Position numbers and translations under genes: made by a program. Positions 36,237-49,930 of a DNA stretch of 64,000 nucleotides are shown here, piece by piece; the stretch's first letter is position 1, and the number at the start of each line of letters is the position of its first letter. Below the pieces are notes generated by a model. The model saw only the letters and a program-made list of their open reading frames with translations, was not told where the DNA came from and did not search any database. Origin of the DNA: Lytechinus pictus (taxonomy: Eukaryota); the NCBI RefSeq assembly GCF_037042905.1, contig NC_087247.1:39184001-39248000 (forward strand), given 5' to 3'.

Positions 36237-36832
36237 AGTACAAGTCTACCCAAAAAAAAAAGCTGATTTGAATAGAAAGAAAAAAATCAAACAAGCATAA
36301 CACTGAAAATTTTATCAAAATCGGATGTAAAATAAGAAAGTTATAACATTTTCAAGTTTCGCTTAATTTCTCAAAACAGTTCTATGCACATCCTGTTCGG
36401 TATTCAAATGAGGGGACCGATGACATCACCCACTCACTATTTCTTTTGTATTTTATTATATGAAATAATTTGATTTTCCCGTCATTGTCATGTGAAACAA
36501 AGTTTCATTCCTCCCTGAACACGTGGAATTCCATCATTTTAACATTTTGTGGTTCAAGCAAGGGGGTCCTAATTGTCAAATTCGTAAAAATTGAAATATT
36601 GTATAATTCAAACAATAAAAAACAAAAGAAATCGTGAGTGAGTTACATCATCGACTCTCTCATTTGCATATTACTGAATTGAGCATAGAACTGTTTTGTG
36701 AAAATAAGCGAAACTTTAAAATGTCATAACTTTCTTATTTTACATCCGATTTTGATTAAGTTTTCAGCATTATTCATGTTTGATTTTTCTTTATTTATCT
36801 AAATCAACTTTTTTCTGGGGTGAACTTGACCT
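36237..36832. mobile_element. TTAA-targeting MITE with long TIRs (Kolobok-like)
   Basis: TTAA|AG...CT|TTAA; ~200-bp imperfect inverted arms (AAAATCGGATGTAAAATAAGAAAGTTAT and its reverse complement). Degenerate relatives at ~27371-27780 and ~60410-60870. Confidence 0.8.
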
Positions 36833-37184
36833 TTAAAAGCTGTTGAAGTGCTTATACTTGCCAAATATTACTTTATAAAAACGCAATTTTTCCTCTCTCG
36901 TGCTAAATCTCATGCAACTCTGAATTTGGCGGTGCCAAACTGCCAAATTCCTGTACGTTTGGCTTTATTGCACATGTTATTACCGGCTGCATCACGTTAT
37001 GGTTATAGAGAATTTGTATGATTTCAACGTCAATGGTTATAACTTTGATCATTACATTTCAATACATACCGGCGTGGTGAATGGGGGTGGGGTGCTATCT
37101 TGGCACCTATGTGAATAAGAGAGGGATAGTTTGTACAAGTATAGGCCTACCCCATCATGCGTAACCTGTTATTATTACCCTTCT

Positions 37185-37319
37185 CCATTCTCATACGTCA
37201 AGCGCCTGACAAGAAGGCAGGTGCCATCTTTAAAGTCTTTGGTACGATTCAGCCGGGATCGAACCCATGACCTCCAGTTCATGAAGCGGGCACTCTATCA
37301 CTGAGCCATCATGTCCGGT
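37185..37319 (-). mobile_element. tRNA-derived SINE fragment (second family)
   Basis: Minus strand GATGGCTCAGTGATAGAG...GGTTCGATCCCGG (A/B boxes), followed by ACCAAAGACTTTAAAGATGG body. Confidence 0.7.
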
Positions 37320-40300
37320 TCTGACATGAATTGGACTCCAACTAATTTTGTGACAAAGAAAAAAAAACTGCGAGAAAAAGATAGAAAAGTAAAGGGAAAA
37401 GGTTGAAATAAATTATAATATCTTAATTTTCTGTCAAATCTATCACAAAATTAGAATTTTTTGATAAAAAGATCCAATATTTTTATTTCTAGCTTCGCTC
37501 ACTCACAGCTTTCTTGAAATGTTGCCCCATTTTACATTATCTCTCGACCCCTCAAAATATTTTGCTTATTACGCTTATTTGACTGTTGACAATGATCAAA
37601 TCAATACCATTACTAAAACACAAGAACAGTAACATTTTCTGTATCTTTACAATTTAAAACAACATTTATTACCAAAACAATCTAATAATTATTTCAAATG
37701 TGAATTTGTTTACAATTTTGCATCATCTCTGAATATAAGTTTAAAGACTGTCCAAAATTATTCCTTTCAGCAATATTGTCCATGTAATTTGCATCCGTCG
37801 ATGTGTTATATTCCATGTTTTGGGTTTATGTCGTAGTCTGTAATGGCATATGATTCCATATTATGGTAACTTCCATTCTCATTCCATCTGTAACAAATTA
37901 ATAAATGAGTTTTCAGTGAATACATTTCAACTGTCCAATCTCCATTTTCTTCCTTTGGTTTAAAATGATACACAGTTTTGGACAACATTCGGTCTTCTTT
38001 ATATTGAAAAATGCTCACGTATTAATATACATGGTCATTCCAACAACTGTAATTCAGTAGTTTATGTCACAATTAAAACCATTAAAACAGTCATCACAAA
38101 AAAAAAAATCGTCATAGGCCTTTTGCTGTCACCACAAAATATAGCCTTTGATGTATAGGATACCCCAAAATTGAATTTTCAGCTCAATATATTGCTATCA
38201 TCCCCCCTCCCCAACTGCTCGAACCTGATTTACACCACTGTATAAAAAAACAAACCGGAAATGGGAGTTTTTATCACTTTTAAGAAAAATAGTTTAATTA
38301 CAATTTCTTGTTTTCACACAGAGAAATCGAGATATTCATAGTTAGTAATGTTGTATTTCCTAACTATAGGCCCAATGATTATTCAGCAGACAGCAGACAT
38401 TCCTCTTGCATTTTTCGCCATCAAAACATACTTCATATCATCGTCAAAACAGAAGTACTTTTGTCACATGTATTTCAGTATAATGAAACACTAGTGTTAT
38501 TGTTGGGCAATTGCAAAAGTGACATACAATTCATGATTACAAAATACTACTATTTCTTCCTTAATTCTAAATAGTACTTTAATCTCAGAGAGTGGATTAG
38601 TATAATAATAATAATACATCATGTTACTCACAGCAGCCAAAACAATGATGAGTTTGATGACGAAAAAATAACATAATACTAAAAAGAACAGCAATATTAA
38701 TACAGGTGAATTACTGTGAAATGCCTTATTGCAAGAATCCAAGCCAAAATAAGATTAATATAAAAGGGACATACAACAAAATCTACAGAACAGACTATAA
38801 TTGTAAATTGTAGATCGATCATACTTGAAAGGCCTCTAAAATAAATCCGAGAACATTTTTTTCATAAAAAAATCCATACTGATTTACACCCTTTATGAAA
38901 ATTGTTATTTTTTTCAATTTCACAATGGCCAACTTGGAAAATTCCTTTTTCAGCCAATCTTAAGAATTGGATGAAAAGTAGAAAGTCACACTAATTTGTT
39001 TTTCTTAATATATATGAGATCACGAAATCTCTAGTGGTAATTTGGTTGGTAGATTGTGATAAGCAGGGTCAAATCTCATGTTTTCAAAGAAATTAATTTA
39101 ATCATTTGTTTGTGGTTCTCTAATTGGGAGGCTTAATCATTCCCCAAATAGTAAAAACATTGATTCAAGTCCTCCTTAAAACAATTGACAAAATAAGGTA
39201 TATTAGTATTTTGGCAAATTTAATAAAAATGAATGTGTAATTAATCAATAGTTGGAGAAATCCCAAGGTAACACTATTCCGGCAATATGAAATTTCCACA
39301 TTTTAGTGGAAAATTACACATTCGTTAAAAAAACTTTTTTGTCTGATTTCATTATTTCATTATAATGTTATATCATAATAATATTATATATTAGGGTTGA
39401 CTTCAGTCTCAATTTCAGTCACAACAATTAATAATTACTTTACTATCTATTACATTTATAGTATCATGGTAACTTTGCTCGGTAGCCAATCAAAATGAAG
39501 GTGCCAATACAATGGAAAATTGCCATTTAACTGTCTTTTCATTCATACATTACAACAGGTCAAGTACTCAAAAGTTTATTAGGAAAAATACATTTCAGTT
39601 TCAGATCCACAGTAATATAGGGTATATCATCTTCTATGATGGCATACAGTAAATAATAGTGGAAGAAATCATGATCAATGCAAGATTTTTAGGAAAATTA
39701 AGGACATTTTTTTTCATTCGCTATGAAAGCTGTAAGGACAGAGGTGGTATATAGCTTTCACACTGGAAAGAATTTAATTAAAGCTTGCAATAGACTCAAT
39801 AAATGAATAAAAGAAAGCCACATGTGTACCTCTATCACATTAGCTGGATATGAATATGATTATTATAAATATAGTGAATTTGTTATTATGTCATAAATCC
39901 TTTTTGGCTCATATCTCGGTACATGCTAGTGCTACTTAAGTCATGTGCGGTTTTCTAAACAGCTTTATAAACATGCCACGGGTAACATATCTGCCAATTT
40001 ATAGAAATCCATATCAAAGAGTTGTAACACGAATGGCAACATTTTCTGGAAGCAAAAATGGAATTTGCACTGGAATAGACATATTGCTTAATTTAGCAGA
40101 AAGAAAATGGCATCCAAATCATTAACTGTCACTATTCTCTGTAGAGTGCCCTCTACAAACAGATACAGAATCTAATTAAACTAGTCAGTAGTGGAGTGTA
40201 TTTAATTGCCTACAAGACAGGAAGGAGGTCGTAACTTGCTCTTCAACATTTTGAGATTGTAGTAAGTAATAGAATAATCAATAAATATTGTGACAACCAG

Positions 40301-41704
40301 AAAGCCTATTCACTAGATGAGACTGATGTCCGATAACTTAACCAGAAAAAATATGTCTATTTGCTCAAGATTTGATGAAACATATGCATCAAATAGCTAA
40401 AAAACTAATAATAATAAGTAATTGTGAAGGTTTATTATTCACAATATTGCCTGACATATAGCTTTCAATCAATTCATGAAATATTGCCTAAAAAGTTCTT
40501 AAAAATGCGGTCTTATCCAAACAACCTGTCTGGGCATACAACAACTGGGTATATTACATAATGTCTGACCGTAATAACACACATCTGAGTAATGAATAGA
40601 TTTGCTTGGTAGGAAATGATTAAAAATATAATTTTCTCGAACTCAATATTTGCCAACCACCAAAACAATGCAGCAAATTGATTTCAAATGATTTAAGTAG
40701 CTACTTTTGACAGTGATACATCATGACCAATAATTCAAGTAAAAAAACGAGTAAAAGTACCTCAAATCACAGAATCTTTACATCTGGGATTAAACAAATG
40801 ACAATAAGACAAACACTACATTCTGCCAATGATAAACATTACAAAATGAGGCATAATACAGGTACATATAGTACTGAATGGTGAGCACAAAGCTTTCACT
40901 AGCCCTGTCCTCCATAAAAAGGAAAATGATAAGTGTAATTTCAATTCATACAATATTCCCTAATTGAGTATCCTTCAATGTACAGGGCGAAAAATCAAGG
41001 TATTTAGTTTAAATTTGAACTATCAAGACAAAAGGTTACATTTCAATTATTTGTTTTTGTATACAATCAACACTTATTATAAGAAATAAATCTTCTGGTT
41101 TAGACTTTAACTGCTTACATCCATCGATTGCTTCCATCAAAATTACCTGAGTATAACAGCAATTTTGTTTCAATAATACTGATACAAATTGAATTTCCAT
41201 AATCAACTTTAGGTGTGCACTTTATTAACTGGTGTGGATAATAGCTGGCAATGTAAATAAGCCTGCAAGGTATAAACTAAAATGCATATTACATGACTGA
41301 CCTTTGTTATCACTCTGTACATTTCCTTGTTCTTATGTTCTCTAGTTAATGTAGTCATAACAACTAAAAGGCATATCTTAAAGTTAATGACATTTCTTTT
41401 AGTTCTCATGCCAACATTTTTGGGATTTTTTTAATAGGATTTTGAGAAATTTCTTTTCTGACGTCATTTTAAATACATTTACTACAATTTTGACTCATTA
41501 ATCTACTGACCTCTATATGCCCATACAGACATAAGTTTGTATTTTTTCCATTCAGTGAAAGCAGTTTTTATCATAACTGTTTAAACAAAATAAGAGGTAG
41601 TAATCATCTCATGGTTGAGTGATTATTGTCCTTTTACAAATTATCAAATAAAATGATTTTACTGTTATTTTGGCAAAAAATGACACTGCATCTTAAATAC
41701 AAGT

Positions 41705-42016
41705 GCCCATATTCTGAAGTCGGGTTTAACTTAGACCGTGGTCTAACTCTATGCGAAACTTATGTAATGCCAAACACATCAAAATTTTGTTTTCATTGAA
41801 TGCTTCTCATGTTTACTGTGCTATTTCCTAATTATTAAATGATGAAGATAACTATCTTAATTATCCTTCCCAGTCAGTTAAGAATGATCTGAGAGTCAGA
41901 TTAGCTGATATATTAAAACCTCTACCATTAGGGAATTATGTCACAACTGGCTATCCATAGTTACAACACAACTTTAAACTAGAGTTTGATTTAAACCCAA
42001 GTTCAGAATATGGGTC
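41705..42016. mobile_element. MITE (~310 bp)
   Basis: GCCCATATTCTGAAGTCGGGTTTAA ... TTAAACCCAAGTTCAGAATATGGGTC imperfect TIR. Confidence 0.7.
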
Positions 42017-42595
42017 AAGGAGTTGACAGGTCAATCACATTTTTCAAACATAGGTCAGTAAATGGGTGTCCAAATACTCCCGCCACCTAATCTTTGTCAG
42101 GTGATACCAGTAGGTAATTTATTATGCAATTATTAAAAAAGGGAAAGTTACTGATTTTCCCTGCATTTATAACTTAACTGTGGCAAGAATGGCGACTCAC
42201 TGTCATGCATGTGTGTGTGTGTGTGTGTGTGGGGGGGGGGGGGGTCAATGATTATTTGAAATTATCAGGTACTGATTTCATTTAATACTGTTGCCATCAG
42301 TATTTCATCATCTCATGTATAGCTGATGGTTCAACTTCAAAGAGGAAAGCATCTTTACAACTCACTAAATGACTTTTGTAAAAATAGGTACATAATACGA
42401 AACACTTAAATATTGATTAATTTACATAATCTATATCAATACCTGAGCTATGTCCATTAGAAACCATTTATCACACGAGGCCTGTTTCTATCCCCTTACA
42501 AGTACTTCTAAGGTCCCACAGCCCTATAAGGGATAAAAATAGTACATGCATAGCATGCAACAATCAAACATTCACTTTGTTTTAAGGACGTTCCA

Positions 42596-43506
42596 CAGTT
42601 TAAATGAAATCCATGTTATTTTGCACAGAAATACTTCAGCACCTGAATATTTCATATACGCAAAAAAATAACATGGGTTCCTGTGCTTGATTTTTTACTA
42701 TTGAGCTTTGAAGTTCATCCAATTGGAGGTTTTCGAGAATTGTGCATTCAAAAGAATTTGGCATTTTTAGACCCTAGATCATTTCGTTGAGGTTAAACCT
42801 CTATTACCAAGTCAAAATCAATGTAAGTTTCATCAAATTTTACAGTATAGTTAAGAATTGTATACTGGAGATAGAAAATTTATTCACATTGCTATTCGTT
42901 TTTGTGCCTTTAAGGCTGGCAGCACTTCCATTTCTCTAACATGGTGTGAAAGATGACAAAAACATAATCTCAAAAAGTTGAAATTTTTATTACAAATCTG
43001 AGAAGTACAATAAATGCTGCAGTTTATTCAAAATCTGTCTCATTTTCACAAAAATTTGCAAGCTTGTAGAGAAAGGTGTACTTAATCAGTATAAACATTA
43101 AAAAAATGGGGGTTTATGTGCTTGTTTTCAAACTATCAGCATTTTTGTTTGAGCTAGGGTGCTATTCAAAATGCGCCAAAGGCTCTGTATCTATGAGAGG
43201 AAAAATTCCAAACCACTCTACCATTTATTCGAACTCAAGGTCATAGTTGTAATACTTTGCAGCAATTCAGAGTAAAGTATTCGGAAATTGTAGTAGTATT
43301 ATAAAAAAACAAAGGTTCATTGATTATTTTCAGCTAATTAGCTTTATAAAATAACATATCAGACCTATAGTTAGAATGCAGATCATGTGAAAAATCAGCT
43401 GATATCTATAGCTGATCAATCACCTGTTCATCCATTGTGACGTCAATGCGCATAGGGTAAAATATGTGCAGATCATGATGCGCACACACATAGTTGAGGA
43501 ACGTCC
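42596..43506. mobile_element. TTAA-targeting non-autonomous element (Kolobok-like)
   Basis: TTAA|GGACGTTCC ... GGAACGTCC|TGAA. Confidence 0.6.
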
Positions 43507-43911
43507 TGAAGTTACTATTTCCCATTGTCCAATTATTATTTCATAAGGAGAAATCTGCTGAGATGTACAACACTGGACCAAGGCAAGTATAAAAAATTTG
43601 CCAAAACAAATTAAATAACATGTCCTATCACCTTTCATCAAGAAATAAATCAACCAGGATCTTAAAATGGTGAATTTTATGTAAATTTTGCAGTAGAGTG
43701 GTACACATATCAAAATGAAAAATACAAATTTTTATATCAAAAGTGATTCTGACAAGAGTTGCTATAATGAACTCGTTCATAAAAAAAGGTGTGTGTTTGA
43801 CACAGTAAAGGGCACATAATGAAGTCTTGAAGTACAACCTAGTGCATTATCAATTGTAGTTAGTAGGTTAAATGTTGTTTATATAAAAAAGAAGCTCTGA
43901 TCAATCTGTTG

Positions 43912-44877
43912 CTACCGTACATCAAGCACATCATCCACAGTGGCATGGTAATCAAACATAAGAAAATCAATCAAGTAGCGATTATATAGATTTGTAATGT
44001 CATCATGTGGTAGAGTTGTGAAGTACTTTTGTATAAGGTAAGGATCAGAACTGTTGGTTGGTGAACTACCTTCCGCTGATGGAAATTTTACGACTTTATC
44101 TGCCCCACTGATTTTCAAGATATACCGTGCATCGTCCTCAAGTGTTTCGATCTTACCTATAACATCATAATTTATCATGCACGGAAGGCAACTTATATGT
44201 AAATCCCTCCAATGCTTATTGCCATTCTTTTGTCCTTGTGGGGTGTAGATAAACTTGACAAATTCACCAAATGAAAGGTCGTATTTGCTCGAGTTAAAAT
44301 TTTCCCTTGAAGCGCGCGCCTTCTCAGCATCCTCACGGAATATGCTAATAATCTTGGTACCAATTCTCTTTTGCCACTTTCCTGCCCGAGTGAAGGTACT
44401 ATCTGGTGCGAGTTTGTTCCGGTACGCCGACAAAACACGGGAAAATGGGTGTCTGGCAAACATGAATTTTGTGTAAGTCTTAAGGATGTGTCTTCGTTCT
44501 TCTTCAGGGTAGGACTGTAAAGATTTGAGACTCTTAGCCCCCTGACGATTGGTGAAAAACTGTGGAATGCTTTCTGTTGAGTTGTACTGACCACTCAGTA
44601 CTAAGAACACTTTCTTCCAATTAGTACAAGCAACCTTCTGAACATAGCAGTACATTAGCTTATGTTTGTCATCAACAAGGATATTCCAAGGTGGATGTTT
44701 TGCCATGTCTGCCTCAGGATTTGGGTGATATTTCTTACAAACTCGCTTCACGTTAAACTGACGACGTTTCTGAATCTCTCTCTGTGCATTCATGAAAGCC
44801 ACATCGTTTGAGTAAGAACTTTTCAGAAATCTGCTGGAGTTCCAGCTTGCTTCTTCCCTCGATGATCCAATGTCCAC
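43912..44877 (-). CDS. Carbohydrate sulfotransferase (Sulfotransfer_2, CHST11/HNK-1ST-like) gene 4, catalytic exon
   Basis: VQKVACTNWK, RHPFSRVLSAY, HW...CLPC, DFLMFDY; acceptor TTGCAG immediately upstream on minus, phase 0. Model 51738-51615, 45563-45481, 44877-43912 = 390 aa. Confidence 0.94.
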   Translation of the reverse strand: MDIGSSREEASWNSSRFLKSSYSNDVAFMNAQREIQKRRQFNVKRVCKKYHPNPEADMAKHPPWNILVDDKHKLMYCYVQKVACTNWKKVFLVLSGQYNSTESIPQFFTNRQGAKSLKSLQSYPEEERRHILKTYTKFMFARHPFSRVLSAYRNKLAPDSTFTRAGKWQKRIGTKIISIFREDAEKARASRENFNSSKYDLSFGEFVKFIYTPQGQKNGNKHWRDLHISCLPCMINYDVIGKIETLEDDARYILKISGADKVVKFPSAEGSSPTNSSDPYLIQKYFTTLPHDDITNLYNRYLIDFLMFDYHATVDDVLDVR

Positions 44878-45030
44878 CTGCAATTTGACAAATAAAAAAT
44901 GCATTTTGATATATCCACTAAACACAGAAGGTTTAATCCTAAATGTAATTGTACTATGCTATATCAAAGTTTACAATTAATAATAGTAAATATCAATTCT
45001 TTTGATTAAACAAAATAATTATCCACTTAG

Positions 45031-45181
45031 CAGGGGCCGCGGAACTGGGGGGGGCTGGGGGGCTTCAGCCCCCCCACTTTTTTCCAAAACCGTGTACAAA
45101 AACGTAAAAATGACCATATGATTGTGATTTTTAGCATGGTCAGCCCCCCCCCCCACTTTCAAAACCGTTCCGCGGCCCCTG
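45031..45181. mobile_element. 151-bp MITE
   Basis: Perfect 15-bp TIR CAGGGGCCGCGGAAC; CTTAG duplicated at 45026-45030 and 45182-45186. Confidence 0.85.
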
Positions 45182-45480
45182 CTTAGTAATATTGATGACG
45201 GTCAATGATATTTTTCTAAGATCCCAAAGTAAAATATCAGCTACACAGTAACATCAATGTTGATATCTTGAAGATGAAAAAGATCGTTCAAACACAGGAC
45301 AATGAGTAAAACAAATCTGGTTATTTTGCTCATTAAAAATATAGGCAGCACAAAATGGCAACTAAATACAGGCAATTGAAGTAAAATATACTTGTGAAAA
45401 TTAACAAATTGTGGAAGTATGAGTCATTTTATTAATGAATGTCACTTGTGTCAGCAAGAAGATTGGATTTGATGTCTTAC

Positions 45481-45563
45481 ATGTACAGCTAATGATTCAT
45501 TCTCATGTTCTCGTCCTTTATTTGTTGTATGGGATGAAAAGACTCCTTCAGGGTGTATCCGAT
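45481..45563 (-). CDS. Sulfotransferase gene 4, 83-nt stem exon
   Basis: Acceptor CTCTCCAAAATAG, donor CAT|GTAAGA, DRIHPEGVFSSHTTNKGREHENESLAVH, phase 1 to 0. Confidence 0.75.
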
Positions 45564-45922
45564 CTATTTTGGAGAGATAAACATGTAGAGAAAGATTGGA
45601 GTGGAGGATATAGTCACAAACAAACTTTGGAATTGGTATTTCAAGAATATACTTTCTCAGAAAAAACAGAACAAAGGTCAACAATTATTGAACAAATGAA
45701 TCAAAGTAAGTATACAAAGATTATTGTCTTAATTAATTTCATAAATAAATCTTGATACTAGCCTCTAAATACATGGACTCATTTTAAACAGATCAGTGGT
45801 AGCAAATAGAAGCCTAGCTCTCACTTGATATTGGATGCAAAATTATGCCATTCTGAGATGGATAATGTGAGGAAGCAAGCCAACCAAGCTTCACAAAAAA
45901 TTTACCATGAAGATCTTCTATA

Positions 45923-47782
45923 CACAACCAAAAAAGTAATTCCCCCTAAATCAAACTGCTGTAACTTTTGAACGGAATAAATGTGAGATATAATATTTGT
46001 AGGTGGTTTTCTTCACTTATCACAAAACTCCTAGCGAAAAATGAGATTGATCGGTTGAGTCATGTATGAGTAATCGAATTAAAAATTATCATTTTTGAAA
46101 GTCATAAGAGTCGTTTTTCAGATTGTGGACGAAGGTTGTTTTTTGGTGAATTTTATGGTGCTAATGCTGTTTTAGTATCCATCATTAAGCCACTCCACAC
46201 AAAATTTTGATATGTATGTTCATGGTTTAGTGAGCACAATTTGATTTTGTGGCATATCATCCCAGCGGTTGATGGTATTATCCTCTATAGTTTACAAATA
46301 ACTTTTTAAAATTGGAAAATGTTAGTGGCTCCCCTCCCCCAATTTCTCGCCCCCTCCCATTTTCAAATTCTGGATCCACCACTGATTTGTCCATGAATTC
46401 AACTGATCCTGAGAGATTGTCAGAAAAAGAATGCATTCATGCAATATAAAGAGTATTCATTCCTAGGTTTTCAAATGTGCTCGCTCAACCATGAAAGTGT
46501 AAAAAAGTTCGGAAAGTGTGTGGTGGTTAAATGATGATGATAAACACAACAGCAATTAAGTCACATTTGAAACTGATTTGCCCCCATTATTCACATTTAT
46601 AGCCCCTCAAAATGAGTCTGTGACATTAAAAATGCCACTTTTCTCCCTTTGATGCATGCTCACTCATCCATAAATAAACAAACCAATTTCATTTTTGCAC
46701 AGAATTCTGCCCACAGGTTGATGAACATTACTGCCAAATGATATTGCTAAAGACACTTTTGTAAAAAGCAAGGGGTTACTTATTCTTAAACATAATGCAC
46801 CCATAGTGTACACAATGTCTATAGAAGAGGAAATCAAAATTTTAACAAAAGTGAAATGATGGTTTGTTTCGTTTGTTTGTTACTTCTGCTAACAGTTTTT
46901 TCATGAAACTTCCAACATGGCTTGACACTATGCAAAAGTCGCGCACACTAAAATAATCATACGATACGGCATAGAGTGGGGCCAAGGCCTTGAACTTTCT
47001 TCTCATGTGCATAATTTTCGAATATCATGGGCTCACTGAAGCATTAGCATTCAGGATTTTCATAAAAATAAAATCAAATGAACTATGCAAGAAGGTTTGT
47101 GACAGATATCCAAAGTTAGAAATTACAGTTTTTCAAATTAAGTAAAAAGAGCTATTCTCATTCCACATGTTCATTCAAGCGTGAATGTTTAATTAAACGC
47201 CGTTGAATCATTGGAGCATGTTAATTGGTCCTGAACATAATGGAAAAAAAAGGTTTACAGGAAAATTTCAGTTCCCAAAATGAAACAATACTTGCCTGTA
47301 CTTGAAAATCATATTTTTTTCTTTGAATGTTCATTGAACCGTGAAATAATGAATATTGTTGAAGATACTCTTCCTAAAAATAACTGTCATCACATTCGAT
47401 CAGTTTTATCGATAGAAATGTGTAAAAAAAAATCAATTATAGCAAATTTTGACTTGTTTATTCAACCGTGAAATTTCGCAAAAAGGTTGTATCTTCTTTT
47501 AAAAAGAACCTTTTACAAGCCTTCTGACGATTTTCATGATGAGAATGTGGAATTTGTTCCAATAAAATGGAATCAAAGTCATAATATTTGGCTTGTGACT
47601 TTTAAAAAGTGGCAATTTTACCTTCTGGCCATGCTCACTGAAGCATGACATAAAATACCTCCGTAACATTCACTCAGAAGGAAGCTTATAAAATTACCTA
47701 GACGCTCATGTAAAAATATATTAAAACTCGCAGTGGTTTGGAAATTATGGATGTTTGTTTAAGGGGGGACTTTTTTGTTGTG
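45923..47782. mobile_element. Old non-coding TA-flanked DNA element (Tc1/mariner-like ends)
   Basis: TA|CACAACCAAAAAAGT..CCCCCTAAA ... TTAAGGGGGGACTTTTTTGTTGTG|TA. Confidence 0.6.
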
Positions 47783-48705
47783 TATAGAATAGACTAGATC
47801 TGGTGCATGCATCTTCCAATTGGATGCAAATCCTATTATTTTACTTTAATTTCCTCCTTTTTTCCCCTTTCTCACTTTTTGCCCACACCCCCTCTTAATG
47901 CAACCCAGGGCACTTGCCCCCCTGCCACATTGATACACCACCGCAAATACCCCTTTCAAACTTAGGCTGGGGGATAATTAATCAAAAGCAGCCCTTTACT
48001 CTATACTACCTTTATATCATTAGAAATTTGATAATTATTAGAAAATAACCAATATAATTAGAAAAAACAGAAACAGAGTCAGTAAAGCAGAAAAAAGTAG
48101 ACAGGAGATAACTAAAATCATAAATGTTCTGAGCTCTAGTCATATAATTCAAATATTTTTGTTCAAAAGATTGCCAAAGTTATTTATCCAGATTTGCTTT
48201 TGAAATTGTGAAATTTGTGTGAATTCAGTGTACAACTCGTGTCTGTATGCTAAATCTTCTAGTATAATTGCATTTACAACTAAGTAATTGCATAAATGAA
48301 TAAATCATTATTTTTATTACATAGTCTTAGAACCTTTTCCATGCCTTTCTTCCATTGTGTAAATTGTATGTGCCCTTTAAATTTAGATTGATATCAGGAA
48401 ACATAATTAAATGTCAGATTGAATCACTCAAACATGCTGGTGCTAATGTATCAAGTTGGTAACGTGTGTTCGATCTCTCCCTCTCCCCCCCCCCCCCTCT
48501 CTCTCTCTCTCTGCGTGTGCTTCCCCTCTCATTTCAATCTGATATCACTCGGAATATATTCCTAATTTCAGTGTCTGGTGCGTGTTGTTCATTAGCAGAT
48601 CTTAATCTACTTGATTGAAAATAGAAAGTGCATGGCTATATGAAGCATACAAACTGAGTTGGGAAGAGATAGATTTGTTCTAATAAGTCTTTTCCATTCA
48701 ATTAA

Positions 48706-48993
48706 TAATAATAATAACATAGGGTATTCATATTGCGCACATATCCACCTTGTTAGGTGCTCAAGGCGCTCCTCCTATATTACCCGGCTAAGCTAGGCGT
48801 TCATAGCGCACACAGCTTTTTAAGGAATTACTTCCTACCGGTACCCATTTACCTCACCTGGGTTGAGTGCAGCACACTGTGGATCAGTTTCTTGCTGAAG
48901 GAAATTACGCCATGGCTGGGATTCGAACCCACGACCCTCTGTTTCAAAGTCCGAAGACTAATCCACTGGGCCACAACGCTCCACAACGCTCCA
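48706..48993 (-). mobile_element. Full-length tRNA-derived SINE with L2-like tail
   Basis: Head GGAGCGTTGTGGCCCAGTGG...GGTTCGAATCCCAGCC, central CCCAGGTGAGGTAAATGGGTACCGG, tail GCGCCTTGAGCAC..GTGCGCAATATGAATA plus (TTA)n; CAATTAA on both sides (48699-48705, 48994-49000). Confidence 0.88.
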
Positions 48994-49084
48994 CAATTAA
49001 ATATTGTTTTCCAAAGGAAAATAACAAAGAAAAAGGAAACTGTAATTCAAATCGAAGAAAATGAAAGACTACTTTCAAATATAT

Positions 49085-49930
49085 CAAAGTGGAATGCCCC
49101 CGGCAGTCTCGCCTGTATCATGCAATTAAATATAGCAGCAGTGTAGATTTTGTGAAATTGAAATACCAAACCCCTTATATCTGAATTTCATGAAATATGA
49201 AAATAAATAAGATGAATATATTTCTCTTTAAACTAAAAGAAAATATCATAATCAAACCAAATGACCTTAAATGACCTTCAGCTTTGAATTTGTAACCTTC
49301 ATTCCTTCCATCTCATTTGTGATATCTGATGACCATCTTGCACAAGTTGTATTCAACCCGTTTAAATAATTTTTAATTAATGAAAAAAAATGTAATTTTT
49401 CATCACAGATGATTAATCTGTGATGGCCTTTGACCACGACCCAGTGACATGAAATTATTCTTATTGAATTGAGTTGCTGTTATCCAAAAACAGATTCATA
49501 AAATATGGACTTAAAATTTTGAAATTATCATGAAAATCTAAATCTTAACCATTGGGTAATTGAATTTGATACTACAAAATGGTCAAAGTTTACTGTTAAG
49601 GGACCCAAAGTGACCTTTGACATTGGTCTATTGACCTGATATTACATTTATTATTACAAAATCTGAACATTTGGTTAAGCTTTTGACATAGCAGGGTTAA
49701 AGTAAATCTACCTAAAATGACCTCTGACCTTCATTGCATCACCTAAATATCAGACCAAAATATATATGACACTTGATTACTATTCTGGTTAATTTTGCTT
49801 GTTAATTATACTTTGAAATTTAAGATGGCATTTCAAAAACCTATAACCATGGTAAAAAAAAAACCCGAACAACCTGACGTTGAAAAAGCAGTGCCTGGCC
49901 TATATGTCTCGCTCCTGCCAGGCGAATCAA
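49085..49930 (-). mobile_element. Degenerate Helentron-associated (HINE/DINE-like) element
   Basis: Same ends as 50535-51430 (AAGTGGAATGCC..GGCAGTCTCGCCTG; GTCTCGCT..CAGGCGA) and decayed TGACC-rich internal repeats. Confidence 0.6.

Noticed and set aside
48910-48982. tRNA genes here, at 135-205 and at 37250-37319
   Set aside because: A/B boxes are present but stems are imperfect and each continues into a SINE body, so they are SINE heads.
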